Below the pieces are notes generated by a model. It worked only from the letters and a program-made list of their open reading frames with translations. It had not been told where the DNA came from and did not search any database. From Sphyrna mokarran (lineage: Eukaryota): a stretch of DNA of 64,000 bases. The DNA lies in the NCBI GenBank assembly GCA_024679065.1, contig JAGIQG010000008.1:95728001-95792000 (forward strand), read 5' to 3'. Shown piece after piece: positions 13,675 through 27,290 of this stretch (positions are counted from its first letter, which is position 1; the number at the start of each line of letters is the position of its first letter). A program made the position numbers and the translations under genes.

Positions 13675-13918
13675 TAGGTATGTGTACTTCTTATCAGCGA
13701 ATTCACATTGTTGCGAAGGGAGTTAACTATGTTGTTTTGCAAGCTGGTTTTGACTCCTGTTAAAATGTATTTTATTGTGAATTTACTCAGAATAATTTTT
13801 AGCCCATGTTAATTCCATATTATTTGACACTTATTTCTTCAGAAAGTAAGTTTCTTCCCCATGAGAACCTATTCTCAATCATATAACACACATTATACTT
13901 GTAACAACCTCTTCATTA

Positions 13919-16028
13919 CCTTTGGGAAGGGTAATTATGATGCGATTAGGCAAGAATTAGGGAGCACAATATGGGAACAGAAACTGTCAGGGAAAGGCAC
14001 AAATGAAAAGTGGAGCTTGTTCGAGGAACAAATACTGTATGTCCTTGTGTGTCAGGCAGGGAGGAAATAGCTGAGTGAGGGAACCATGGCTCGCAAAAGA
14101 GGTTGAGTGTCCTGTCAAGAGGAAAAGGGAATCATATGTAAGGATGAGAAAACAAGGTTCAGTTGGGTCACTTGAAAGTAACAAGGAATGAGCTAAAGAA
14201 AAGAGCTCAGGAGAGCTAGGAGACGACATGAGAAATCCTTGCTGGGTCAAATCAAGGAAAACCCTAAAGCTTTTTATTTTTATCTGAGAAATAAAAGAAT
14301 ACCAGGGTGAGGTTAGGGCCTATCAAGGATAACTTGTGGAAACTTGTGCATGCAGTCAGAAGAGATAGGAGAGGTAATGAATGAATACTTTTCTTCAGTG
14401 TTTACCAAGGAGAGGGGCCATGTTTTTGAGGATGAAAATGTGATACAGGCTGATAGGCTGGAGGAGGTAGATGTTCTGAGGGAAGATGTATTAGCAATTT
14501 TGAAAAACCTGAGGGTCGATAAGTCCCTGGGCCAGATGGGATATATTCTAGGATTCTTTTGGGAGGCAAGGGATGAGAATGCCGAGCCTTTGGCTTTGAT
14601 CTTTGGTCCTCACTGTCCACAGAGGACTGGAGAGTGGTGAATGTTGTTCTTTGTTCAAGAAAGGAAATAGGAATGATCCTGGTAATTATAGACCTGTTAG
14701 TCTTACTTCGGTGGTAAGTGAGTTAATGGAAAAGGTCCCGAGAGTCAGGATTTATGAGCATTTGGAAAGATACAGCTTAACCTGGGATAGTCAGCATGGA
14801 TTTGTAAAGGATAAGTCTTGCATCACAAATTTGATTGAATTCTTTGAGGAGATAAATAAGTGTGTAGATGAAGATAGAGAATGATGTCGTGTACATGGAT
14901 TTTAGTAAGGTGTTTGATAAAATTCCCCATGGTAGGCTCATGGTGTGGGATAGAGGGAAATTTGGCCGATTGGATAAGTAACTGGCTACTTCATAGAAGA
15001 CACAGGGTGGTGGTGGATGGAAATTTTTCAGACTGGAGTCCAGTTATCAGCAGTGTACCACAGGGATCAGTGCTGGGTCCTCTGCTATTTGTGATTTTTA
15101 TCAATGATTTGGAGGAGGGGGCTGAAAGGTGGGTCAGTAAATTTGCTATGATACCAAGATTGGTGAACCAGTGGATTAGGTGGAGGGCTGCTGTAGGCTA
15201 CAATAAGACATTGATAGGATGCAGAGCTGGGCAGAAAAGTGGCAACTGGAGTTTAACCTTAATAAGTGCAAGGTCATTCATTTGGGTAGGACAAACTTGA
15301 ATGCGGATTACAGGGTCAACAGCATGGTTCTGAGGAATATGGAGGAACAGAGAGATCTGGGGGTTCATAGCCACAGAAGATTGCCACTCAAGTGGATAGA
15401 GGCACGAAGAAAGCCTATAGTACATTAGCGTTTATTAACAGAGGGTGTGAGTTAAGAGCTGTGGGGTTTTCTGCAACTGTACCGGATCTTGGTAAGACCA
15501 CATTTGGAATATTGTGTGCAATTCTGGTCACCTTACTATAAGAAGGATGTGGAAGCATTGGCGAGAGTGCAGAGGAAATTTACAAAGATGCTGCCTGGTT
15601 TGGAAGGTAGGTCTTATGAGGAAAGGTTAAGGGAGCTATGGCTTTTCTCTTTGGGGAAGAGGAGGATGAGAAGCGATTTTGTAGAGGTTTAATGAGGGAA
15701 TAGATAGAATAGATGTTGAGAGACTATTTCTTTGGGTGGATGTATTTGTTACTAGGTGGCATAACTATAAGGTTCATGGTGGGAGATATAGACGGGATGC
15801 CCGAGGTAGGTTCTTTACTCATAGAGTGGTTGGGATGTGGAATGGACTGCCTGCTGTGATAATGGAGTTGGACTGTTTAGGAACTTTCAAGCGGTTATTG
15901 GACAGGCACATGGAGCACACCAGAATGATAGGGAGTAGGATAGCTTGATCTTGGTTTCAGACAAAGCTTGGCACAACACTGAGGACTGAAGGGCCTGCAC
16001 TGTGCATTCTGTTCTATGTTCTATGTTC
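13919..16028 (+). mobile_element. 5'-truncated CR1 (HER1-like) LINE, decayed ORF2 reverse transcriptase
   Basis: Frameshifted ORF pieces with CR1 motifs: [136 protein letters not shown]. Ends in (TTCTATG)n. Possible short TSD TTCATTA (13912-13918 / 16026-16032). Confidence 0.95.
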
Positions 16029-17280
16029 ATTATACATTGAGTTAGTGCACATGGACCATTCCTTCTCAAATCTCCTAGCCGACACCCATCACCCGCAGCA
16101 TGTTCCGAAAATGTCCCAACCTTAACTCACATGCCTACATCTGGGCCCAGCTCTCAGCACTGCACAGATACGTCAACCAGACACTAGCCTCGTCCCTTTT
16201 CTTTTAACCACATCACTTTTTTTCACACATAACACATAAGTGCAAAAATTGCACTGCATGATAAACAGCTGACAAATTTGGTTAATGGAAAGACTTAGAT
16301 TAATAAAGGTCTTAAACCATTTAAGATAACCAGGTTAATGGCTCTGTCAAAATAGCAGACAAAGTAATTTCATACAAACGCACATCCTAATATCACACTG
16401 TGTCATTTGCAGGCCATAGAGAATAACAGATGGCTGGGAGTGTGTTACAGCTGTCAACACAATCATGGTGCGAGGTGGCAAAAGTGCAATTGGGAAACTG
16501 CTGCTGTTTATCCCATTACCTGACCCTCTTGAGTGTGCCTCGAACTCTCTGAGTTATGCCTTTACCAATTTTGAAAAATTTAATATGTAAGCGTCGATTT
16601 ACAACTTTTGCATTTTTACTGTTTGGGCTTCATTACATTTTCTGTTCATCCACCGAACAATTCCTGTGCTTAATTTTCCCACACAGTTTTACGACTGAGA
16701 AAGAGATTTTGTTTTTTATAAAACAGCATTGTAATGCCGGAGCAGTGCTTCTTGTTGAATGTAAAAACTGTGTTTTTACATGACACTGAGGACTATTAAA
16801 AAAATTGCCATGCATTTTTAGCATATTTTAACCGTCTCGTAAAGTAGAGATAGAACAATGTATGAACCATTACATTGTGCAAGAATTCACAGCACTATAT
16901 TAGCTGTCAGTTTTACTGTAAACTTTCAGGTCCAATATCACAGTTAGTCATAATACATGACTCTCAAGTCAATTACACCAGAACCCGATTGACAAGGACC
17001 CAACTTATATACATTTAAAACTACCTGGGAGTGAATTAAGTGGAGGGAGGGTGGGGCTCTGCTGCCATCAATTAATGGTCTATGTTTTGTGTTTCTGTTG
17101 TTATTATATCATCAGAAACCCTCAACTGTGGGATAATTCTATCATTCAATTCTACTATCTGTTCATTCTGTCATTGACTGTGCATATCTTCTGTGTGTAA
17201 AGGATTATTTCACTGTCTGTGAGGGTGATTGTTCGTTACAATAAGCTTTCAAGCGCTGATCGCCTTTGGTAAGTTATGGT

Positions 17281-18069
17281 CGGGGTTATCTGATCCCCCA
17301 CCCACAACAGGTAACCCACAGATAGGAAGGGAAATTTGGCAACCTGGCAAAATGCCCGTTGACTAGCAGCAGGAATTTCTCAACTTATGGGGGGATTTTC
17401 AAGTGATGCTCGCTGTGAGGGAAAATGGCTACGCCAGCAGCAAATCCCGTGAGACCATGGGAATGAGAATCCCACTGGGGAGATCTCATGCCTAGATTTT
17501 CCCCCGCCCCTCGCCAGTTCCATTCTGAATGATAACCTCCTTTAAATACATTTAAATAAATGTATATGATCTTCCTCTCCCACCCTCACCAGAGTAGGAA
17601 AGTACCCCCCCACGCCCCCTTGCTGACGTGATGGCACATTGCCGAGGTTGACAACATCTACAAAGCTTGAAGCTGTCAAGGAAAACTTGCCGGGGGCACA
17701 AAATGAAGCCTAGCCCCCAAGGGGAGATAGCCATTCCTGGGCACTGCCCTGGCACTGCCCCTTGCACTCCCCTCTTGTGGGATGCTCTGATACGTATGGT
17801 GTGGCAGGAAGGGAGGGTCATCTCATTATAGCTCCTCCATGTCTGTGGCAGGGAGGGGGAGTTATCTTTTAAAGCAAATCAGGGCTGCCCTTTAGAGATG
17901 GCGCCTTGCCCACTCTATCAAGCACTACCCCACTAGAGTGATGCCGCAAAACATGCCCCAGATTTTCTCTGCACAGAGTGCCAGAGAATGTGCAGAGAAA
18001 ACTGCGCAGCTGAAAAGCTGCACACAGTTTTCTCGCTGAAACTGACAAACTATGGGAAGACTCCGCCCA
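17281..18069. mobile_element. GC-rich non-autonomous DNA-transposon-like element (Harbinger-like)
   Basis: GC-rich block with GGCACTGCCC repeats and GGCGCC/TTTAAA motifs, ending GGGAAGACTCCGCCC. Related to 25668-25995. Confidence 0.5.
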
Positions 18070-18194
18070 ATAATTCAAAAATCCAGTTCCAGACCATATT
18101 CAGCAATCAATAGGAGCTCTCACTCACTTCATAAACAGAACATTAATGCAATAATTCTGCATTATGCAGAGTCTCCACCTCAGCAAAGTAGTTG

Positions 18195-18495
18195 CAGACC
18201 AGTTGGAAAAGCACTGCGCAGTGTGCTACTGAGCTGCTGGAGGTGCCAAGTTTAATATCTGATTTGTGCCCAGTGCACTGGGGTGACAGTAAGAGTGTTA
18301 CAATTGGCCTCAGCACAGATTAAGTGGGGCAGAAAAATGAGCCAAGGTTCCTGCTGCTAATTACTATCCGGTAACTACCATCACATAGGTGTGGCCATCT
18401 GGAGAGAGCAAGATTGGGGACAGGGCTAATGCTCTGCATTGCCAGATAACTTGCTGACAGTCACTACAGGGAAGCACATGTGAAGAATGGTGAGG
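18195..18495 (+). mobile_element. Old tRNA-SINE-like interspersed repeat
   Basis: TACAATTGGCCTCAG..AAAAATGAGCCAAGGTTCCTGCT..CTATCC.GT.AC..ACATGTGAAGAATGG. Diverged relatives at ~10030-10200 (-), 25310-25420 (-), 30690-30830, 36570-36720 and 39608-39725. Confidence 0.5.
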
Positions 18496-19297
18496 TATTT
18501 CATCTTATCAGAGTCACCCCTTTAAGAGAGCTGGGTGTGAGGAGAAAATTGGAGAGACAAATGGGACTGCATTACTTCACTCTGAGGATTCCCATACCTT
18601 TTGGTAACAAACCAGATTCTCATCAAAAGTCATCTTCAGTTAAAAGGCTCTTTCTGTTCTGAAACAACTGCCCCTTGATTCCTAATGTTTATGCATTGCC
18701 TGTACTGCTGTCTTATGTGTCATTGACTATAGTGCATACCTTGCTTCATGGATGCTGTTATAATGAGGGTGCACCAAGTACCTTTAAATGTACTAGAAAA
18801 TCTCAGATAGCAAAGTTTCTCCTCACTTGTGATCTTAATGGCCCTTACAGGGTAGCTTAACAGAATATTATTTTAATGGGAATTGTGAAAAGAACAATTG
18901 GAAAAAGTCCAAAGAGAGTGTTCTTTAAGAGGCATTCTCTACTAAACCATAATTTTGGATTGAAATCTAAACTCTTATACTGATTGGGCCGGTTTCTGAT
19001 GTGGCATCCCAATAATTCATTGCTCTGTCTGCATCACTTTTATCTACATTAAGTCCTCAAACAATGAATTTCCTTCCGTTAGGATGGTTGGCTCACAATT
19101 AGAGTACTCCTCCAATAGTGAAACTCTTCACACCGTTTCATTTCCATGGGAGCCTTGAATAAAACTGAACGGTCTTTTACCAATTCCTCATATATTTTAA
19201 AGAAGGGATTTGAAGGGCTTGAGAGTAATCTAAAATATGAAGTTGCACCTTCAGGACTAATTTAAAATCAATTTTAGGGAGAGCTTTGGATAGCTTC

Positions 19298-19424
19298 ATA
19301 GAATCATAGAATATCTATAGTGCAGAAGAAGGTCATTCAGGCTATCCAGCCTGTACCTGCCACAATCTCACCCAGGCCCTACTCCCATAACCCCACACTA
19401 TTCACCTTGCTAATCCCCCTGACA
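19298..19424 (-). mobile_element. HE1-type SINE 3' fragment (CR1/HER1-derived tail)
   Basis: CATAGAATCATAGAA..TAGTGCAGAAGAAGGTCATTCAGG..CCCAGGCCCTA..CTAATCCCCCTGACAC. Confidence 0.75.
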
Positions 19425-20898
19425 CATTTTGTTGAAACAAAAACAACAAATAAGTGATTTGAGGGTAATTTCCTCACAGTAAATACTATTGGCTTTGAGA
19501 AGTGTGCAATGTCATCAGCAATAATCACGGTACATCAATGTGAATCAGAATTTACACTGAGAAGACAAATTTCCTTACGACACAAATTTTAGCCAACACT
19601 CATTCATTGCTATAGTAATGATGGTAAAACTTGCAGCAATTTAAGTCACTACTCCCCTGAAACTTTGAGTCCACAGATGTGGAGAACCACCAGGAAATAC
19701 AGAAATGATTGTCACTGAATCAATCTCCCTCATAAGATGTGCTGTTCAGGCTTCCACAAACTGTAATCTCCACTAACATCAAGATTTGATGAAAACTTTG
19801 ATGCTGGTAGTTCTGACTGTAGGAATAATTTCTTCAAGAAATTACACCTTGTTGAATGAGGCATACCTGGGTTTTTGACCTTGTAATAACATCTGAATTA
19901 CCACTACACACACACTGTCCATGAAAAGTTAACTTTCTACTTGTGGACTATTATATTTCTGCACAAATGATTAGGTAGCCATGATTTTATTATCATCAGA
20001 GCTACCTGAAATTTTACATTAAAAGTGAAGGGATTTTTAACTTCCTGGTTTGCTGTGCGAGTGAACACTTTAATATGGTTGGGTCCTTACATGCTTGCTG
20101 ACATCACTGCTGCTGCACAATCAGACATCCCCCTGACTGGGGCACCAGATTTAAACAGCTGCCCAAGGGTGAAACTACATCAGTAGAGATCAGTAGATCT
20201 TTGTGGGCAACTTCCTTTGAGGTGAATGGTGAGAGCCCTTGTTTCACCACTGGCCAGTTCCCTAAAGTGGGGCTACCAAAAACACATCGTGCAACATCCA
20301 GAAAAGAAAGCACCCCCTACCCCAATCCTACTTTATCATCTAATATTGCATTGAGAAATTACAGCAAGCCTTCAAGCTTCTGTAAGTGCAGATGGAAGCA
20401 CACGCGTGCACACGCACTCCAACTAAAGGAAATTATTGGCAGTAACTTGACTGATAAAAAGGGAACCAAATTCCATTCTTATTGAACACAGAGTCAACGC
20501 TGATCTAAGGAGACCTATAATATTCAAGTCTAGTTTCATGCAACTTCCCCCCGCCTTCCCCCTTTTCAGTCCTGATCTATTGCGCATAAGAGGATTCCAC
20601 TGTGCCTGTAATTGCTTTCACTTGTAATTGTTCACCACAATGACAATGTGGCGCCTTGTTGATTACTGGAATATATCCCGCTCTGGATATAATTGAAAAC
20701 ATCAATGAGAATTCAAATTCACAGAACAACAAACTGCAGCTCACTGAATTATACGTGACACTAAATGATTTGAGCACAATCACTCTCCTGTGTCTGGTGA
20801 ACATATTCCCATCGGGGCTTTGGGCCGGACAGCCTAGTCCAGAATCCAAAAATACTAAAATGGAAACCAGGCACCAAAATCTTGATCATAGATTCTGG

Positions 20899-21070
20899 AT
20901 CATAGAATCCTACAGTGCAGGAGGAGGCCACTCAGCCCACCGAATCTGCACTGACAACAATCCTGTCCAGGCCCTATTCCTATAACTTCATGCATTTGCC
21001 CTAGATAGTCGCTCCTGACAGTAAAGGGCATTTCAGTGTGGTCAATCTACCTAACCCGCACATCTTTGGA
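20899..21070 (-). mobile_element. HE1-type SINE 3' fragment
   Basis: ATCATAGAATCCTACAGTGCAGGAGGAGGCCACTCAGCCCA..CCTAACCCGCACATCTTTGGA. Confidence 0.8.
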
Positions 21071-22503
21071 TTATTAAAATAAAAATTGGTTCTGTCCTAT
21101 CTCTCCTCCATTTTCTTGTCTTGCCATTCAGCTGTGAAGGTACAAGTTATTAAAACATCTTTGATTCTAAATGAATTTTAAGCAGACGAGCAAAACTCAA
21201 CGATCACACTCTTTCTCCCTTCTTTTGCATCCTGTCCAGCTTCTGACTTGGCAAGTCCATGATCCTTAATTTTAAGCACACCCAGAGGCAATGCAATCAG
21301 GTCTTGGATTAATCCAATCAGTCATATACTTGGGTGATTTGTTTTTGTGGGTGCTGGTCTAAAATCCACAATGTGCCAACTGTTACAAAAAGGGACTCTG
21401 CCCTTGCAACAGATTGGTAAAAGAGACTGACAGAGCAGCAAGACGTGTGCAAAAGGACAATACTTTCCTACTGACCGATTTCCAATCTGAGTGATGCCAT
21501 AATGTCAGCCAAACTTTCCTTATAACTTCCAAAACAGCAATTGCTATTAAAATGCTGCTTGTAGCCAAATGGAAAAACTCGATTAGCATGGCCATAGGCC
21601 TTGAAATGCCATATGGGATAGTCCTGCATGAGTGCTTTGTCCATTCTTGCAAAATTCCTACCCCCACCATTTGAGCAGAGGCATTCATTCATTTATTATA
21701 TATGGTTTAGTGCTTCTATTAAGATAGCAGAGAGGGACTTACATACAATCGAGTTAAGCGCTCCTACTGTGGTGTCCCACGCATAACTTCATGGCCAATG
21801 TTTTTAAACATTGAAATAGCAGAAGATTAAGATAGCACAGAGAAAAATGCAATATATCCAAACAGGGCGATCTGCTCATTGTGTACCTTCAGACTGAACA
21901 TTGGGCTAGGGCACTGTACAGGGACAAGCTGCAGTTCTAATGATTTCCTGTCAAACACTATTTTCTGAGTGGGGGTGGGATGTTAAGGAATGACCTGGGA
22001 TTTTGCCCATTGGATGTGTACAGACTGAAAAAGCAATATTTAACATAAAGCCAAAAAAAGAACTTCACTAAATCTGCCACATAATATAAATCCAATTGTA
22101 TTAAGCCTGGATAATTCTGGCTTTGAGCAGATTCTAGACATAAATCTTGCTGTTTTAATATCCTAATTTAGTAGCAATATTCTTTGCTTATTAAAACTTT
22201 TTCCATGAGATACAAGGATTGCATGAAAGGAAAAGGTTTCCATCTATTTGACCAGAGTGTGGTGCTTATTTAAAGTGGCCCAGCATATCTCCACTCTGGG
22301 TGTGTCTGACGTTGCATGGGACGGAATAAGTAACCTTTTGATAATTTTTATTTTTTAATTTTAAAATGACATCCAGTATTGCCATAACAAGGCAAGAATG
22401 GTTCCATTCATTTTGCATAAAGATAACTTAAAATCATGCATGAAAATTTCCTGTGGACAATATTTCCATAAAATAAAAGTATATTTCTAATTTCACTGAT
22501 CTC

Positions 22504-22908
22504 ATAAGAATATAAGAAATAGGAGCAGGAATAGACATATGGCCCCATTCAATACAACTTTAGCTGATATTCTGCCCTAACTCCACTCTCCTGGTCACTC
22601 TCCATAGCTTTTGAAATCCTAAGATATTAAAAATCCGTCTGTTGTTCTTAAATATATTCAACAATGAAGCAGCATAACCCTTCAGGGTTGACAATTCTAA
22701 AGGTTCACAACACCTCCCCCCTAAGTGAAGAAATTTCTTATCTTAGACCAATTCTCCTAAGTCTGTGCCCCTGTGTGTTAGATTCCAGAGGTAACAGCTT
22801 CTCAACATCTACCCTGTATTGCCCCTTAAAATATTGTATGGTCGACACAATGACCTCTTGTTCTTCTAAACTCCAGGCAGTATGGACACAAGTTGCTCAA
22901 ATTCTCAC
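22504..22908 (-). mobile_element. CR1 LINE 3' fragment, continuing at ~23630-23710 after an insertion
   Basis: ATAAGAATATAAGAAATAGGAGCAGGA tail (reverse complement) and AACCAAGTCTGCACGTAGTATTCCAG (LEYYVQTW) beyond the insert. Confidence 0.7.
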
Positions 22909-23716
22909 TGAGTGGAATCTTGTGTCCTTCTCTGTGATGACTCTGTTGACAAGGCCAGCATTTAATCAGTCAGGAAGATGATGAGTGCTGACCCCACCAT
23001 CTTCCAACCTCAATCTTGAGTAAGTCCATGGCAAGAAAGCCTGTGGATGGCTTTCCTACATGGTGACCAATTGAGGCCCATTGGTGGCCAATGTATGTCC
23101 ACAAAGGGGTCATTCTGCCACCACAGATATTAATAAAGAGATGGGCAGAATGACAAGCAAACCGTGAGTGGAATCTTGTGGACATGACAGGGGTTTTGGC
23201 TGCCAGCTTGGGAGCCCTGGACTGGCTCACCACAGAAGGTTGTGGGTACCTTTTTCCATTCAGGCATTTGATGGATGAACAGTCAGTCTCCCTTCCCACC
23301 ACCGCACCGTCCCCCACCCCCCACCCCCTCCACCCTGCCCAACTCTCCAGCTCTATTAAATGCCTGTGCAAGTGACTGCCGATGATGTGACACCCACTCT
23401 GATGCAGCTGGCATTCAATAGAGCCACTGTCCTTTGGCCAACAGCTCATGGTAGGCAGGACTTCAGCTCCTGGACTCTTGATCCCAGGAGAAGGCCTGTG
23501 GTTGGTTTGTCATAGCCTGACTGAAACAAGATGCAGCGGGCCATCCCAGAGAAAGTCGATGTGGTGCTCCCGCTGGTCCTGCAGCCTGTGTCTTGGAGTT
23601 TGTACTGATCCTCCACGACACAACACAATTCCTCCTTGAACATGACAACCAAGTCTGCACGTAGTATTCCAGCTACGGCCTCATCAAAGAACTATAGAAT
23701 TGCAGCAACACACGTA

Positions 23717-23833
23717 GGCCGGAATTTTACCGACATGTCAGCCCTGATTTCAGCAGCGGGCTCAGCTCAGAGAACGTTGGTGTCGAGCTGGATCTAATGA
23801 AACTTGGACAGATGTGCCAGTAAAATTCCACCC
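23717..23833. mobile_element. MITE (PIF/Harbinger-like TIRs)
   Basis: GGCCGGAATTTTAC ... GTAAAATTCCACCC (12/14 inverted), flanked by GTA and TTA. Confidence 0.65.
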
Positions 23834-24116
23834 TTAGTGTGGGATCATATGGACAAATTCCTCAGCGCTAGCCAACCAATCAATACTTAAGCGATAAATA
23901 TAAGATATATAAAATGCTAAAATTACACAAAAACAATTAATATTAAACCACAGATTGAGCTCTCCTTCAATAATGACTACAGTGCTGTTACTTCATGATG
24001 TGGGGATCCCAGTCCAACATCAGCATCTCCACATCATGACTACCATCAACACCACAAACTGCCGGCTCCAATTGGAGACTTCTTACACTGTTGCTTCATG
24101 TCGTAGCAAATCTCTT

Positions 24117-24117
<1 letters not shown>

Positions 24118-24155
<38 letters not shown>
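24118..24155 (+). repeat. (GT)n microsatellite
   Basis: About 19 perfect GT units. Confidence 0.97.
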
Positions 24156-24159
<4 letters not shown>

Positions 24160-26479
24160 GCAGACATGTGCACAACCCCATACTGTATATTTTAACCAAG
24201 TTAACATTTTTATTCAATTAGCAGACAAAGAAATTTTTGTATATCAAAAATTGCAAATAGGAATTTTGTAGCACTGGCGTTCAATGGGTTAATGTGCCTT
24301 TGGAAGAAGGAATTGGCAGTTGATGCAACTTGAGTTTGATTCCTAATGTGGCTTTATTAATGTTAACAAGAGCTGTGAATTGCCACCTATCTTACAACTA
24401 ACCCCACTTGCAAGACAGTACAATGTGCAGTGACAAATAAGATAGGTGCCTTGTCAAATCTGACCCGGAGGCAGATACAGCTGGATTGAGACAGAGTGCC
24501 AGCAGAACATGTTAGCAAAAAAAATGCTTATTTAAGAGGGGAAAGAAGCTAATTATTTTAAACACTCTCAGGAGGCACGAACACAAGTGTTTAAATGATT
24601 TTTTTTCTTTTATTATTATTCCTAGCCCCTGTTATTGAGTATGCCATTAATAATGTTTCCCCCATGAATTTGCATTGCTGTTAGTGAAGGGCAGCTCCAC
24701 ATCATTCAGCAATGTCTGCTATAAGTAACATGCAGATCCTTTCAGGCTGTTTTACCACAATATTAAGGGAAAGGGGCAAGAGTTAATTAAAACGTTGTGT
24801 AACAGCTGCACAGTAACTGCTAAATGGCCCCTCAGAGTATGGATATTTGTGGGAAGGATTATACCACATAATGTAAGTACATTACTGTTAAGCCTGGGCA
24901 ATTCTGGTTTTAAACCCAGTATTTTAAAACTTTTCCACTTAGTGGACATCCTATTGAGACTGACAACGCCTGTTCGTTCTTCTTCAAAGGATCCAATCAC
25001 GATAATTTCAAATGTGATAATAATATCAAAGTTACTAAAACCAGTGATTGCCGCCGGACTGCAATGCAGAGTGAAAGAGCTTGAAAAAAAGTGTGGCTGT
25101 AGCAGCTTAAGTACCTGCATATAACTCACAGAATCAAATTCTCTATATGATTCTATAAGCTTCAAAGCTTAGCAGTGAGGTGTCATTCTTCACCAGAAAG
25201 GATGTTGATAAGATCCTTTCAGTATTCAGCCAGTTCAGGCACTTGTTGGGCAAGATGCCTATGTCATTTCTTTTCTTCACTTTTCTCTCTTCCTTTCTTG
25301 AAGGCACTGACTTAAGCTGGGTAAAATTCCACAGGCAGTATTGAAAGTGGGGTCTTGTTGGCCTGCAGGGCTTGGCTTCACTTGGCCATTGTATTTAGCA
25401 AGAAGCAATTGATTAGTCGCACCAGGGCATTTTCACTCAATAAATGCTTTTAACTATGCGATGAGACTATTCACCTAAACAAGCAACAAAGGTTAGTGGT
25501 TTATAACATCCACTGTATTCTCTTGATCCTCATGGACCATCCATTCTTTAGTCCAGTTTTACCTGATTTGATTTGGAGAGATCTCCTTCTGCTGCTCCCA
25601 GAAACCGAACATTCAAGCATTCAGGCAAAACTCTGGCAAAATTGATTTTGGTAGACTGTGTACAGTGAGCGGAATTTTCCCTTTTATTTTGTGGAGTGTG
25701 GCAAGGGTGGTATTGAGGCTGTGGGGCCCAACGGCAGCTTTCTCTACCATATCGTTAGGAGCTCTGAGAAAAGAGGTCCAAGGGGCAAACCTGTGATGTC
25801 ATACTGAAGGGGCGGGGCCTGCAACCACCTTTGTAAAGACTGGGGTGCCATTTATAAAGGCCAGCCCAGTATACAAAAGTAAAAATAGAACATCCCTTCC
25901 CTCATGTACCTGGCACTACCTAGAAACTGCCCTGGCACTGCCCAAGCACTGGCTTTGGAGATAGTTCCCTGGCAATGCCAGGGGCAGTGCTTCAAACTCT
26001 AAAGAGTTTCTTCTGCAAACTTGTCTACTCTCCTCAGTAAGGTGTGCGAAGGTTCCACATGAAAAGCTATTTTTGAAGGTAAGGTTTTATTGTCACACTG
26101 CCTCTTTGAAACCATGAGGATATGGGATCAGGTTAACAAATTCTTTCTCTACCCATTCCCTCTCCCCCCGTCACTGACAATGCTGTTGCTCAAGGAATTT
26201 GAATGGGAACAACAACAGCGATAAATTCCCTTTAAGAGAAGCAAAACACTTACTAAATTTAGTTAAGGAAATCTGTATTCCTCTTGCACTCGGGCAGACA
26301 AGAAAGCAGTTCAGCTACAGATGCATAATAGTGCTGAGGATCTGACAGTATTTACCATTGCTAGTGCCAATATTAGACACAGTATTGTAAAAATGTTACT
26401 TGAATCATTCCATGTGAGAGATTTGGAATTATTTCAAAAAATTATATTTATAACACGTCCTTTCAAAGAATGATTTTTT

Positions 26480-26787
26480 AAAGTTTATTTATTAGTGTTG
26501 CAGGTAGGCTTACCTCAACACTGCAATGAAGTTACTGTGAAAATCCCTTGGTCGCCACACTCTGGCACTTGTTCCGGTACAGCAAGGGAGAATTTAGCAT
26601 GGCCAAAGCATCTAACCAGCACATCTTTTAGTCTATACAAGGAAACCGGAGCACCTGGAGGAAACCCACAGGGAAAAGACACAGGGAGAATGGGCAGACT
26701 CCGCACAACAGTGACCCAAACCAGGAATGGAACTGGGTCCCTGGTATTGTGAGATGGGAGTGTTAATCACTGTGCCACCACGCCACC
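26480..26787 (-). mobile_element. V-SINE, 'AATAAATAAAC' tail subfamily
   Basis: Reverse complement of the 544-829 and 60868-61180 family, from AAAGTTTATTTATTAG to CACTGTGCCACCACGCCACC. Confidence 0.9.
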
Positions 26788-27006
26788 AAGGAATTATCTC
26801 CTACGGGTTGCATTATGATGCAATTATTAGTACACACTTCAAACCTAGTCAGAATCAAAGTGTCCCCATTTTCTGTGAGAAGGTCTACACAGAAGAGTTA
26901 GTTGGTTATTTTTCCTGAATTTTGCACATGCAAGGATAGCAATATTGGGAAGTTAAAACACTTTGAGGCATCAATTACTACCTAGTTCAGATACAGATGA
27001 AAAATA

Positions 27007-27290
27007 AGTTAAAGTTTATTTATTAATCGTAAGTATGCTTACATTAACATTGCAATGAAGTTTCTATGAAAATCCCCTAGTCGCCAGATTCTGGCACCTT
27101 TTTGGGTACCCTAAGGGAGAATTTAGCATGGCAAATGCACTTAACCAACACGTCTTTTGGACTGTGGGAGGAAACCAGAGCACCCAAAGGAAACTAACAT
27201 AGACACAGGGAGAACGTGCAGACTCCACACAGATAATGACCCAAGCTGGGAATCAAATCCAGGTCCTTAACACTGTGCCACTGTGCCCTC
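27007..27290 (-). mobile_element. V-SINE, 'AATAAATAAAC' tail subfamily
   Basis: Second minus-strand copy ~220 bp from the previous one, with the same tail and core. Confidence 0.9.

Noticed and set aside
14344-15948. Active reverse transcriptase gene
   Set aside because: It is broken into many short ORFs by frameshifts and stops, the FADD motif is disrupted (FAM), and the element is 5'-truncated.
24752-25165. Overlapping 137-aa and 109-aa ORFs on opposite strands as a coding exon
   Set aside because: No recognisable domain, non-ATG starts and no convincing splice pair. More likely chance ORFs in non-coding DNA.
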